Source: Macrostomum lignano
Lineage: Eukaryota
Direction: 5' to 3'
Length of the DNA: 64,000 nt
Assembly (NCBI GenBank): GCA_002269645.1
Contig: NIVC01000291.1
Location: 1 to 64,000 of the forward strand
The notes beneath the pieces are model-generated. The model had not been told where the DNA came from. It saw only the letters and a program-made list of their open reading frames with translations, and did not search any database. How positions within the stretch are numbered: the stretch's first letter is position 1; each line of letters starts with the position of its first letter. This document shows, one piece after another, positions 12,801-26,100 of the stretch. The translations under genes and the position numbers were made by a program.

Positions 12801-15800
12801 TTTTTACATGACGCTTTTATGCTTTTTTTACATGACGCTTCTATGATTTTTTCATGACGCTTCTGTGATTGTTTATATGACGCTTCTATGCTTTTTATAT
12901 GACGCTTCTATGATTGTTTACATGACGCTTCTATGCTTTTTATATGACGATTCTATGATTTTTACATGACGCTTCTATGATTGTTTACGTGACGTTTCTA
13001 TGATTTTTTCATGACGCTCTATGTTTTTTTCATGACGCTTCTATGATTTTTTCATGACGCTTCTATGATTTTTACATGACGCTACTATGATTTTTACATG
13101 ACGCTTCCATGATTTTTTACATGACGCTTCTATGCTTTTTACATGACGCTTCTATGATTATTTCATGACGCTTCTACGATATCTGCAGGACGCTTCTATG
13201 ATTGTTTACATGACGCTTCTATGATTTTTACATGACGCTTCTATGATTTTTTCATGACGCTCCTATGTTTTTTTCATGACGCTTCTATGATTTTTTCATG
13301 ACGCTTCTATGATTTTTTACATGACGCTTCTATGATTTTTTACATGACGCTTCCATGATTTTTTACATGACACTTCTATGATTTTTTTATGACGCTTCTA
13401 TGATTTTTACATGACGCTTCCATGATTTTTTACATGACACTTCTATGATTTTTTGCATGACGCTTCCCTGATTTTTTACATGACGCTTCTATGATTTTTT
13501 ACATGACGCTTCTATGATTGTTTACATGACGCTTCTATGATTTTTTACATGACGCTTCTATGATTGTTTACATGACGCTTCTATGATTTTTTACATGACG
13601 CTTCTATGATTTTTCATGACGCTTCTATGATTTTTTACATGACGCTTCTATGATACTTTCATGACGCTTCCACGATTTTTTACATGACGCTTCTATGATT
13701 TTTACATGATGCTTCTACGATTTCTGCAGGACGCTTCTATGATTTTTTACATGACGCTTCTATGATTTTTTACATGACGCTTCTATGATTTTTACATGAT
13801 GCTTCTACGATTTCTGCAGGACGCTTCTATGATTTTTTCATGACGCTCTATGATTTTTTCATGACGCTTCCATGATTTTTTACATGACGCTTCTATGATT
13901 GTTTACATGAAGCTTCTATGATTGTTTACATGACGCTTCTATGATTTTTTACATGACGCTTCTATGATTGTTTACATGACGCTTCTATGATTGTTTACAT
14001 GACGCTTCTATGGTTTTTTATGACGCTTCTATGATTGTTTACATGACGCTTCTATGATTGTTTACATGACGCTTCTTTGATTTTTACATGACGCTTCTAT
14101 GCTTGTTTACATGACGCTTCTTTGATTTTTTTACATGACGCTTTTATGATTGTTTACATGACGCTTCTATGATTGTTTACATGACGCTTCTTTGATTTTT
14201 ACATGACGCTTCTATGCTTGTTTACATGACGCTTCTTTGATTTTTTTACATGACGCTTCTATGATTTTTACATGACGCTTCTATGATTGTTTACATGACG
14301 CTTCTATGATTTTTTACATGACGCTTTTATGCTTTTTTTACATGACGCTTCTATGATTTTTTCATGACGCTTCTATGATTGTTTACATGACGCTTTTATG
14401 CTTTTTTTACATGACGCTTCTATGATTGTTTACATGACGCTTCTATGATTGTTTACATGACGCTTCTATGATTTTTTACATGACGCTTCTATGATTTTTA
14501 CATGACGCTTCTATGATTTTTACATGACGCTTCTATGATTTTTTCATGACGCTTCTATGATTTTTACATGACGCTTCTATGATTGTTTACATGACGCTTC
14601 TATGATTTTTACATGACGCTTCTATGATTTTTACATGACGCTTCTATGATTTTTACATGACGCTTTTATGATTTTTTACATGACGCTTCTACGATTTTGG
14701 CAGGACGATTCTATGATTTTACATGACGCTTCTATGATTTTTTACATGACGCTTCTATGATTGTTTCATGACGCTTCTATGATTTTTACATGATGCTTCT
14801 ACGATTTCTGCAGGACGCTTCTATGATTTTTACATGACGCTTCCATGATTTTTTACATGACACTTCTATGATTTTTTGCATGACGCTTCCATGATTTTTT
14901 CATGACGCTTCTGTGATTGTTTATATGACGCTTCTATGCTTTTTATATGACGCTTCTATGATTGTTTACATGACGCTTCTATGCTTTTTATATGACGATT
15001 CTATGATTTTTACATGACGCTTCTATGATTGTTTACGTGACGTTTCTATGATTTTTTCATGACGCTCCTATGTTTTTTTCATGACGCTTCTATGATTTTT
15101 TCATGACGCTTCTATGATTTTTACATGACGCTACTATGATTTTTACATGACGCTTCCATGATTTTTTACATGACGCTTCTATGCTTTTTACATGACGCTT
15201 CTATGATTATTTCATGACGCTTCTACGATATCTGCAGGACGCTTCTATGATTGTTTACATGACGCTTCTATGATTTTTACATGACGCTTCTATGATTTTT
15301 ACATGACGCTTTTATGATTTTTTACATGACGCTTCTACGATTTTGGCAGGACGATTCTATGATTTTACATGACGCTTCTATGATTTTTTACATGACGCTT
15401 CTATGATTGTTTCATGACGCTTCTATGATTTTTACATGATGCTTCTACGATTTCTGCAGGACGCTTCTATGATTTTTACATGACGCTTCCATGATTTTTT
15501 ACATGACACTTCTATGATTTTTTGCATGACGCTTCCATGATTTTTTCATGACGCTTCTGTGATTGTTTATATGACGCTTCTATGCTTTTTATATGACGCT
15601 TCTATGATTGTTTACATGACGCTTCTATGCTTTTTATATGACGATTCTATGATTTTTACATGACGCTTCTATGATTGTTTACGTGACGTTTCTATGATTT
15701 TTTCATGACGCTCCTATGTTTTTTTCATGACGCTTCTATGATTTTTTCATGACGCTTCTATGATTTTTACATGACGCTACTATGATTTTTACATGACGCT

Positions 15801-16600
15801 TCCATGATTTTTTACATGACGCTTCTATGCTTTTTACATGACGCTTCTATGATTATTTCATGACGCTTCTACGATATCTGCAGGACGCTTCTATGATTGT
15901 TTACATGACGCTTCTATGATTTTTACATGACGCTTCTATGATTTTTTCATGACGCTCCTATGTTTTTTTCATGACGCTTCTATGATTTTTTCATGACGCT
16001 TCTATGATTTTTTACATGACGCTTCTATGATTTTTTACATGACGCTTCCATGATTTTTTACATGACACTTCTATGATTTTTTCATGACGCTTCTATGATT
16101 TTTACATGACGCTTCCATGATTTTTTACATGACACTTCTATGATTTTTTGCATGACGCTTCCCTGATTTTTTACATGACGCTTCTATGATTTTTTACATG
16201 ACGCTTCTATGATTGTTTACATGACGCTTCTATGATTTTTTACATGACGCTTCTATGATTGTTTACATGACGCTTCTATGATTTTTTACATGACGCTTCT
16301 ATGATATTTTCATGACGCTTCTATGATTTTTTACATGACGCTTCTATGATACTTTCATGACGCTTCCACGATTTTTTACATGACGCTTCTATGATTTTTA
16401 CATGATGCTTCTACGATTTCTGCAGGACGCTTCTATGATTTTTTACATGACGCTTCTATGATTTTTACATGATGCTTCTACGATTTCTGCAGGACGCTTC
16501 TATGATTTTTTCATGACGCTCCTATGATTTTTTCATGACGCTTCCATGATTTTTTACATGACGCTTCTATGATTTTTTACATGACGCTTCTATGATTTTT
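9880..16600. repeat. 22-23-bp minisatellite CATGACGCTTCTATGATT(G/T)TTTA, ~6.7 kb
   Basis: About 290 units. Rare variant units recur at offsets of 1511 bp and 646 bp. Confidence 0.98.
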
Positions 16601-16633
16601 TAGTTTTCTTCTTGGTGTTAAAAAGCTTTAATT

Positions 16634-16714
16634 AAAAAAATTCCACTCTCTCAAAATTTGAACCATCGTCCCTGCATTTAGCAGTCAGTCTGTTTACCTC
16701 TAGGCTAGCTCTCA
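16634..16714 (-). pseudogene. tRNA-derived cassette inside A3
   Basis: Minus strand TAGCCTAGAGGT...GACTGCTAAATGCAG...GGTTCAAAT followed by a T-run. It lies at the same position in the element as in A1 and A2. Confidence 0.5.
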
Positions 16715-17194
16715 TCGTTTTGATAACATGAATTTTAGCACTTATAATTATAAGTTTCAAAACTCCAAGCATGGAGTAAATCACACGAGGCAGTTATGAC
16801 ATAATCAATTTCTCAGTCAGTCAGTATCAGTTAACAATATGGTTACGCAATTTAAATCAAGTCTGGTGCTACGCTTCCACACTGCATTTTCAATTCAAGT
16901 CGGAGTTACAATTCAGTTATGATGCAATCTATTTCAGAATCAGAATTCAACCAGTCAGTTTTTTTCTCTAGCATTCTTACAATGCATTTCAAGTCGAAAA
17001 GTTTGCTTGACCTTTGCAAAAAAGCATGTTTTTCGAATATTTAATCGCTTTAACATGGAGCAATTTCTTAGCCAAGATGCATGTACCGTCACGGGAAAAT
17101 TTCTGATCAAACAGTGCAAGTCTCATGAAAATCGGTTAAGCCATTTTTTCTCTAATCGATTACAAGCAAGCAAGATTTTCATTTTTAGTATAAA

Positions 17195-20100
17195 CGAGGC
17201 CAACTCCTCCTTCGGAGAAGAAAGGGGAAGAACTCCAATCAGCGGAATTCCATTCCCTGAACTCCATCAGCGGAATCCCATTTTCCAACACCTCTCCGCG
17301 CAACAGAAATCGTCTCCGTGAAACTGAACACTATCGAAATCCTCTCCGTGAAACTGAACACCATCGAAATATTCTACGCGAAATAGAAATCCTCTCCGTG
17401 AAACTGGACTAAATCGAAATTTCTACGTCAAACAGCCCAGCTCTTAGAATTCATTGGTTAAGGTTAGGGTTAGGGTTAGAGCTACACACAGCTGCGTGTT
17501 GAAAGACGCCGTAAAAACATTGAACCAATTAAATTGCGCAACTTATTTCTCAGGCAGTCAGTATCAGCCTCAGTTAAAGTTAACAAAAAGATTGCGCAAT
17601 CTAAATCAACCCTCAAATACACAGCAACCGACTCCCCTTCCAATACGCAGTGCAGCTAGAAATTGAACCCCCCCCCTCACCAACTATTGGGGGGTCGGTC
17701 GAACCCCCATTGAACTCCAAAATGAGAACAATCTTTGCAGAAAGCTAAAAGTATGAAAATCTTTTCTTGAATGCTGTGAATTTAATTTTCATATTTAAAG
17801 CAAAAAACTTATATCCCCGAACTTATCGCAGCAAGATCTTTCCAGCAATATAAGTTTCTCCTCTCTAAGTTCAAAACTCGAGCAACAGTTAGTGTTTGAA
17901 ACTTTCTGATTTTAAGCATTGAAATATCGAGTGTACGTTCACTGCCTGCTAAAGATGCTCGCAAGTTTATGCATTTAAATGCACTGAATTTCACTGTGCA
18001 AAAAATACACAGGGCTTCCTGTTAAAAAACAGAACACAAATAGTTGCGCAATTGTCTATAAAGTGAGCCAGTGAGCCAGGGTCCAATTGTACACACGCCG
18101 CCAATAAGAACGCGCCCATTCCCCCACAGGAGAGAAAATGCACTGGCGACATAGGAAAAAGTTGTGGCGTAATCACTCAAAATTTATGCCAATTTTCAGC
18201 TCCGAGCAGAAAGAGGGGACAATTAAGATTATCAAAGGTCAAGACCGCCGTTTTCTGCTTTTTTAGGGATCTTAAAAATTGAAAATGAAAGATTAAAATA
18301 GCCTAAAGCCATCCTCGGAAAATTTTCAGTTTTCCAATATAAGTTTCAACGCTGAGTTGCAAGTATTCTAGGAGGAGTTATCGAACTGACATACATACAG
18401 ACAAACAACGCACCACTTTTAGTATTAACGAGTGGAACTCCTCCTTCGGAGGAGAAAGGGGAAGAACTCCCATCACCGGAATTCTATTCCCTGAAATATC
18501 CATCAACTGAAATTCCATGTCTTTAACCCTATCTTCCAAATCGTCTCCAAATTCTTTACAAAATCTTTCAAAGACCATAGCTCAAAGACTCTCAAGTCTC
18601 TCATATCTCCTCTCTCCTCTCTTTCATCTCATCTCTACCCCTGTTCCCTTATTTATCTCTTCTCCCTCGTCTTTCGTCTGTACCTTCTCCTGTCTTCTGT
18701 CTCCTCTCTTCACTCTTATCTCTCCCTCTTCTCTCCTCTCTCATATGTCATCTCTACTCACTTATCTATCGTCTCTCTTAACCCTCTCTCTCTCTTCTCT
18801 TTTCTCTTCTCTCTGCTCTCATTTCTCATATTTCATATACGCTCTGACACTACTTTCTTGTCTCCCATCTTTCTTCCTCCTTTTCACTATCCCCTGTCTC
18901 TTCTCTTCTCTCTTTTCTATTCTCTCCATTCTCTCTTTTCTCCTTTCCTTGCTCCTTTCATCTCTCTCCTCTCTCCTCACTCTCTTCTCCTTTCGCTTCT
19001 CTCTCCTCTCTCTCCTCTCATCTTTACTACCTTATTTATATCTTCTCCCTAGTCTTTCGTCTGTACTCTCTCCTGTCTCCTCTCTCCCCTCCTCTCTCAT
19101 CCCTCATCTCCTCATCTCCTCATCTCACTCTTTCTTTCTCCTCTACTCTCCCCTCTCTTCTATTGCCTCTGTACGCTCTTATCCCTCATCTATTCTCTCT
19201 CCTATCATCTCCAATCGGTCATGTCTAATCTCTCCACTCAATTTTACTCTGTTTTCTATCATCTCTTCTCTCTTCTCTTTTCAGTCTTCTCTTTACTCTC
19301 TTCTCTGACTGATTGAAGATGCCAAATCCATCAAAATCCTCTCCGCGAAGCAAAAATCCTGTCTGTGCAACTAAAAACCATCGAAATCCTCTCAGTGAAA
19401 CTGGACTCCTTCGAAATCCTCTCCTTGAAACCTGAATCCATCAAAATTGTTTCCATAAAACAGAAATCAATCATAAATTATCTCAGCGAAACAGAAAGCC
19501 TCTCCGTGAAGCTGAACATGATCGAAATCCTCTCCGTGAAACTGAACACCATGGAAATCCTTTCGTGAAACTGAACATCATCGAAATCCTCTCCACGAAA
19601 CAGAAATCTTCTCCGTCAGAATTTAAACATTGAAATCGTCTCCGCTAAACTTGACTTAATCGAATTTTTTCCGTCAAACAACTCAACTCGCCAGATTCAT
19701 TAGGGTTAGGGTTAGGGTTAGGGTTAGAACTACGCACAGCTTCGTGTTAAAAGGCACAGATAAAAATATTGAACTAATTGAATCAATTCATTGCGCAACC
19801 GATTTCACAGTCAGTCAGTATCAGCCTCAGGTAAAGTTAACAAAAGATTGCGCAATCTAAATCAACCCTCCAATCCACAGCTGTAGTGAGAAGTTGAACC
19901 CTCCCCCCAACTTTATCTATTACGTCTTGCAAAACTGAGTACAATATTTGCAAAAAGTTAAAAGTATGGAAATAGTTTTCCAAATGCTGTGCTTTTTCTT
20001 TTCATAGTTAAAGCAAACAACTTATATCCCCGAACTCAGCGTTGCAAGATCTTGCCAGCAATATAAGTTTCTCCTCTCAAAGTTTAAAACTCGAGGAACA

Positions 20101-23100
20101 GTTAGCGTTTGAAACTGTCTGATTTATAGCATTGAAGTATCGAGTGTACGTTCACTGCCTGCTTGCAAGTTGATGCATTGAATTTCAATGTCCAACAAAT
20201 ACACAGGACTGCCCATTGATAGGCAGGAAAACTTATCAGTAGCCATATCATTGCGCAATTATCTATAAAGTCAGCCAGTGAGCCAGGGTCCAATTGTACA
20301 CACGCCGCCAATGAGAACGCGCCCATTCCCCCACAGGAGAGAAAATGCACTGGCGACATAGGAAAAAGTTGTGGCGTAATCACTCAAAATTTATGCCAAT
20401 TTTCAGCTCCGAGCAGAAAGAGGGACAATTAAGATTATCAAAGGTCAAGACCGCCGTTTTCTGCTTTTTTAGGGATCTTAAAAATTGAAAATGAAAGATT
20501 AAAATAGCCTAAAGCCATCCTCGGAAAATTTGCAGTTTTCCCATATAAGTTTCAACGCTGAGTTGCAAGTATTCTAGGAGGAGTTATCGAACTGACATAC
20601 AGACAGACAAACAACGCGTCAACTTTAGTATATACGAGGCCAACTCCTCCTTCGGAGAAGAAAGGGGAAGAACTCCAATCAGCGGAATTCCATTCCCTGA
20701 ACTCCATCAGCGGAATCCCATTTTCCAACACCTCTCCGCGCAACAGAAATCGTCTCCGTGAAACTGAACACTATCGAAATCCTCTCCGTGAAACTGAACA
20801 CCATCGAAATATTCTCCGCGAAATAGAAATCCTCTCCGTGAAACTGGACTAAATCGAAATTTCTACGTCAAACAGCCTAGCTCTCAGAATTCATTGGTTA
20901 GGGTTAGGGTTAGGGTTAGAGCTACACACAGCTGCGTGTTGAAAGGCGCCGTAAAAACATTGAACCAATTAAATTGCGCAACTTATTTCTCAGGCAGTCA
21001 GTATCAGCCTCAGTTAAAGTTAACACAAAGATTGCGCAATCTAAATCAACCCTCCAATACACAGCAACCGACCCCCCTTCCAATACGCAGTGCAGCTAGA
21101 AATTGAACCCCCCCCCACCAACTATTGGGGGGTCGGTCGAACCCCCATTGAACTCCAAAATGAGAACAATCTTTGCAGAAAGCTAAAAGTATGAAAATCT
21201 TTTCTTGAAAGCTGTGAATTTAATTTTCATATTTAAAGCAAAAAACTTATATCCCCGAACTCAGCGCTGCAAGCTCTTTCCAGCAATAAAAGTCTCGTCT
21301 CTCAAAGTTCAAAAATCGAGCAACAGTTAGCGTTTGAAACTTTCTGATTTTAAGCATTGAAATATCGAGTGTACCTTCACTGCCTGCTAAAGATGCTCGC
21401 GAGTTTATGCATTAAAATGCACTGAATTTCACTGTGCAAAAAATACACAGGGCTTCCTGTTAAAAAACAGAACACAAATAGTTGCGCAATTGTCTATAAA
21501 GTCAGCCAGTGAGCCAGGGTCCGATTGTACACACGCCGCCAATGAGAACGCGCCCATTCCCCCACAGGAGAGAAAATGCACTGGCGACATAGGAAAAAGT
21601 TGTGGCGTAATCACTCAAAATTTATGCCAATTTTCAGCTCCGAGCAGAAAAAGTGTCCAGAGAAGGTTAGGAAATCAGATTTCTGCTTTTTTAGGGATCT
21701 TAAAATTAAAAAATGAAAGATTAAAACAGCCTAAAGCCGATTCCGGAAAATTTGCAGTATTCCCATATAAGTTTCAACGCTGAGTTGCACGTAGTCTAGG
21801 AGGAGATATCCTACAAACAAACAGACAAACAAACAAACAAACAACGCACCAACTTTAGTATTAAGACGAGGCCAACTCCTCCTTCGGAGAAGAAAGGGGA
21901 AGAACTCCAATCAGTGGAATTCTATTCCCTGAACTCCATCAGCGGAATCCCATTTTCCAACACCTCTCCGCGCAACAGAAATCGTCTCCGTGAAACTGAA
22001 CACTATCGAAATCCTCTCCGTGAAACTGGACTAAATCGAAATTTCTACGTCAAATAGCCCAGCTCTCAGAATTCATTGGTTAGGGTTAGGGTTAGGGTTG
22101 ACAGCTGCGTGTTGAAAGGCGCCGTAAAAACATTGAACCAATTAAATTGCGCAACTTATTTCTCAGGCAGTCAGTATCAGCCTCAGTTAAAGTTAACAAA
22201 AAGATTGCGCAATCTAAATCAACCCTCAAATACACAGCAACCGACCCCCCTTCCAATACGCAGTGCAGCTAGAAATTGAACTCCCCCCACCAACTATTGG
22301 GGGTCGGTCGAACCCCCATTGAACTCCAAAATGAGCACAATCTTTGCAGAAAGCTAAAAGTATGAAAATCTTTTCTTGAATGCTGTGAATTTAATTTTCA
22401 TATTTAAAGCAAAAAACTTATATCCCCGAACTCATTGCAGCAAGATCTTTCCAGCAATATAAGTCTCTCCTCTCTAAGTTCAAAACTCGAGCAACAGTTA
22501 GTGTTTGAAACTTTCTGATTTTAAGCATTGAAATATCGAGTGTACGTTCACTGCCTGCTAAAGATGCTCGCAAGTTTATGCATTAAAATGCACTGAATTT
22601 CACTGTGCAAAAAATACACAGGGCTTCCTGTTAAAAAACAGAACACAAATAGTTGCGCAATTGTCTATAAAGTCAGTCAGTGAGCCAGGGTTCAAGTGTA
22701 CACACGCAGCCACTGAGAACGCGACCATCCCCCCACTTGAGAGAAAATACACTGCCAAGATAGAAAAATTTTATGGCGCAATCACTAAAATTGATGCAAA
22801 TTTTCAGCTCCAAGCAGAAAGAGGGGACAATTAAGATTATCAAAGGTCAAGACCGCCATTTTCTGCTTTTTTAGGGATCTTAAAAATTGAAAATGAAAGA
22901 TTAAAATAGCCTAAAGCCATCCTCGGAAAATTTGCAGTTTTCCCATATAAGTTTCAACGCTGACTTGCAAGTATTCTAGGAGGAGTTATCCAACAAACAC
23001 ACACACACACAGACAAACAACGCACCAGTTTTAGTATTAACGAGGCCAACTCCTCCTTCGGAGAAGAAAGGGGAAGAACTCCAATCAGCGGAATTCCATT

Positions 23101-26100
23101 CCCTGAACTCCATAAGCGGAATCCCATTTTCCAACACCTCTCCGCGCAACAGAAATCGTCTCCGTGAAACTGAACACTATCGAAATCCTCTCCGTGAAAC
23201 TGAACACCATCGAAATATTCTCCGCGAAATAGAAATCCTCTCCGTGAAACTGGACTAAATCGAAATTTCTACGTCAAATAGCCCAGCTCTCAGAATTCAT
23301 TGGTTAGGGTTAGGGTTAGGGTTGACAGCTGCGTGTTGAAAGGCGCCGTAAAAACATTGAACCAATTAAATTGCGCAACTTATTTCTCAGGCAGTCAGTA
23401 TCAGCCTCAGTTAAAGTTAACAAAAAGATTGCGCAATCTAAATCAACCCTCAAATACACAGCAACCGACCCCCCTTCCAATACGCAGTGCAGCTAGAAAT
23501 TGAACTCCCCCCACCAACTATTGGGGGGTCGGTCGAACCCCCATTGAACTCCAAAATGAGCACAATCTTTGCAGAAAGCTAAAAGTATGAAAATCTTTTC
23601 TTGAATGCTGTGAATTTAATTTTCATATTTAAAGCAAAAAACTTATATCCCCGAACTCATTGCAGCAAGATCTTTCCAGCAATATAAGTCTCTCCTCTCT
23701 AAGTTCAAAACTCGAGCAACAGTTAGTGTTTGAAACTTTCTGATTTTAAGCATTGAAATATCGAGTGTACGTTCACTGCCTGCTAAAGATGCTCGCAAGT
23801 TTATGCATTAAAATGCACTGAATTTCACTGTGCAAAAAATACACAGGGCTTCCTGTTAAAAAACAGAACACAAATAGTTGCGCAATTGTCTATAAAGTCA
23901 GTCAGTGAGCCAGGGTTCAAGTGTACACACGCAGCCACTGAGAACGCGACCATCCCCCCACTTGAGAGAAAATACACTGCCAAGATAGAAAAATTTTATG
24001 GCGCAATCACTAAAATTGATGCAAATTTTCAGCTCCAAGCAGAAAGAGGGGACAATTAAGATTATCAAAGGTCAAGACCGCCATTTTCTGCTTTTTTAGG
24101 GATCTTAAAAATTGAAAATGAAAGATTAAAATAGCCTAAAGCCATCCTCGGAAAATTTGCAGTTTTCCCATATAAGTTTCAACGCTGACTTGCAAGTATT
24201 CTAGGAGGAGTTATCCAACAAACACACACACACACAGACAAACAACGCACCAACTTTAGTATTAAGAGAGACGAAATAGAAATCCTCTCCGTGAAACTGG
24301 ACTAAATCGAAATTTCTACGTCAAACAGCCCAGCTCTCAGAATTCATTGGTTAGGGTTAGGGTTAGGGTTAGAGCTACACACAGCTGCGTGTTGAAAGGC
24401 GCCGTAAAAACATTGAACCAATTAAATTACGCAACTTATTTCTCAGGCAGTCAGTATCAGCCTCAGTTAAAGTTAACAAAAAGATTGCGCAATCTAAATC
24501 AACCCTCAAATACACAGCAACCGACCCCCCTTCCAATACGCAGTGCAGCTAGAAATTGAACTCCCCCCCACCAACTATTGGGGGTCGGTCGAACCCCCAT
24601 TAAACTCCAAAATGAGCACAATCTTTGCAGAAAGCTAAAAGTATGAAAATCTTTTCTTGAATGCTGTGAATTTAATTTTCATATTTAAAGCAAAAAACTT
24701 ATATCCCCGAACTCATTGCAGCAAGATCTTTCCAGCAATATAAGTCTCTCCTCTCTAAGTTCAAAACTCGAGCAACAGTTAGTGTTTGAAACTTTCTGAT
24801 TTTAAGCATTGAAATATCGAGTGTACGTTCACTGCCTGCTAAAGATGCTCGCAAGTTTATGCATTAAAATGCACTGAATTTCACTGTGCAAAAAATACAC
24901 AGGGCTTCCTGTTAAAAAACATAACACAAATAGTTGCGCAATTGTCTATAAAGTCAGTCAGTGAGCCAGGGTTCAAGTGTACACACGCAGCCACTGAGAA
25001 CGCGACCATCCCCCACTTGAGAGAAAATACACTGCCAAGATAGAAAAATTTTATGGCGCAATCACTAAAATTGATGCAAATTTTCAGCTCCAAGCAGAAA
25101 GAGGGGACAATTAAGATTATCAAAGGTCAAGACCGCCATTTTCTGCTTTTTTAGGGATCTTAAAAATTGAAAATGAAAGATTAAAATAGCCTAAAGCCAT
25201 CCTCGGAAAATTTGCAGTTTTCCCACATAAGTTTCAACGCTGACTTGCAAGTATTCTAGGAGGAGTTATCCAACAAACACACACACACACAGACAAACAA
25301 CGCACCAGTTTTAGTATTAAGACGAGGCCAACTCCTCCTTCGGAGAAGAAAGGGGAAGAACTCCAATCAGCGGAATTCCATTCCCTGAACTCCATCAGCG
25401 GAATCCCATTTTCCAACACCTCTCCGCGCAACAGAAATCGTCTCCGTGAAACTGAACACTATCGAAATCCTCTCCGTGAAACTGGACTAAATCGAAATTT
25501 CTACGTCAAATAGCCCAGCTCTCAGAATTCATTGGTTAGGGTTAGGGTTAGGGTTGACAGCTGCGTGTTGAAAGGCGCCGTAAAAACATTGAACCAATTA
25601 AATTGCGCAACTTATTTCTCAGGCAGTCAGTATCAGCCTCAGTTAAAGTTAACAAAAAGATTGCGCAATCTAAATCAACCCTCAAATACACAGCAACCGA
25701 CCCCCTTCCAATACGCAGTGCAGCTAGAAATTGAACTCCCCCCCACCAACTATTGGGGGTCGGTCGAACCCCCATTGAACTCCAAAATGAGCACAATCTT
25801 TGCAGAAAGCTAAAAGTATGAAAATCTTTTCTTGAATGCTGTGAATTTAATTTTCATATTTAAAGCAAAAAACTTATATCCCCGAACTCATTGCAGCAAG
25901 ATCTTTCCAGCAATATAAGTCTCTCCTCTCTAAGTTCAAAACTCGAGCAACAGTTAGTGTTTGAAACTTTCTGATTTTAAGCATTGAAATATCGAGTGTA
26001 CGTTCACTGCCTGCTAAAGATGCTCGCAAGTTTATGCATTAAAATGCACTGAATTTCACTGTGCAAAAAATACACAGGGCTTCCTGTTAAAAAACAGAAC

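Larger units (their letters stand above)
8353..17194 (-). mobile_element. Non-autonomous Helitron A3 (8.8 kb, mostly minisatellite)
   Basis: 3' CTAG at 8353-8356 with hairpin (plus ccccccgttgggg). The 5' region 16780-17194 is homologous to A1/A2 and ends TTTATACTAAAAATG on the minus strand, with the terminal TC missing. Confidence 0.8.

Noticed and set aside
1054-16600. Long periodic ORFs (DACYL, LLLINQGL, etc.) and the possibility of CRISPR arrays
   Set aside because: They are translations of minisatellites. There are no unique spacers or cas genes, and the context is eukaryotic.
18517-19308. 263-aa Ser/Leu-rich ORF
   Set aside because: A CT-only tract cannot encode stops, so this is a compositional artefact.
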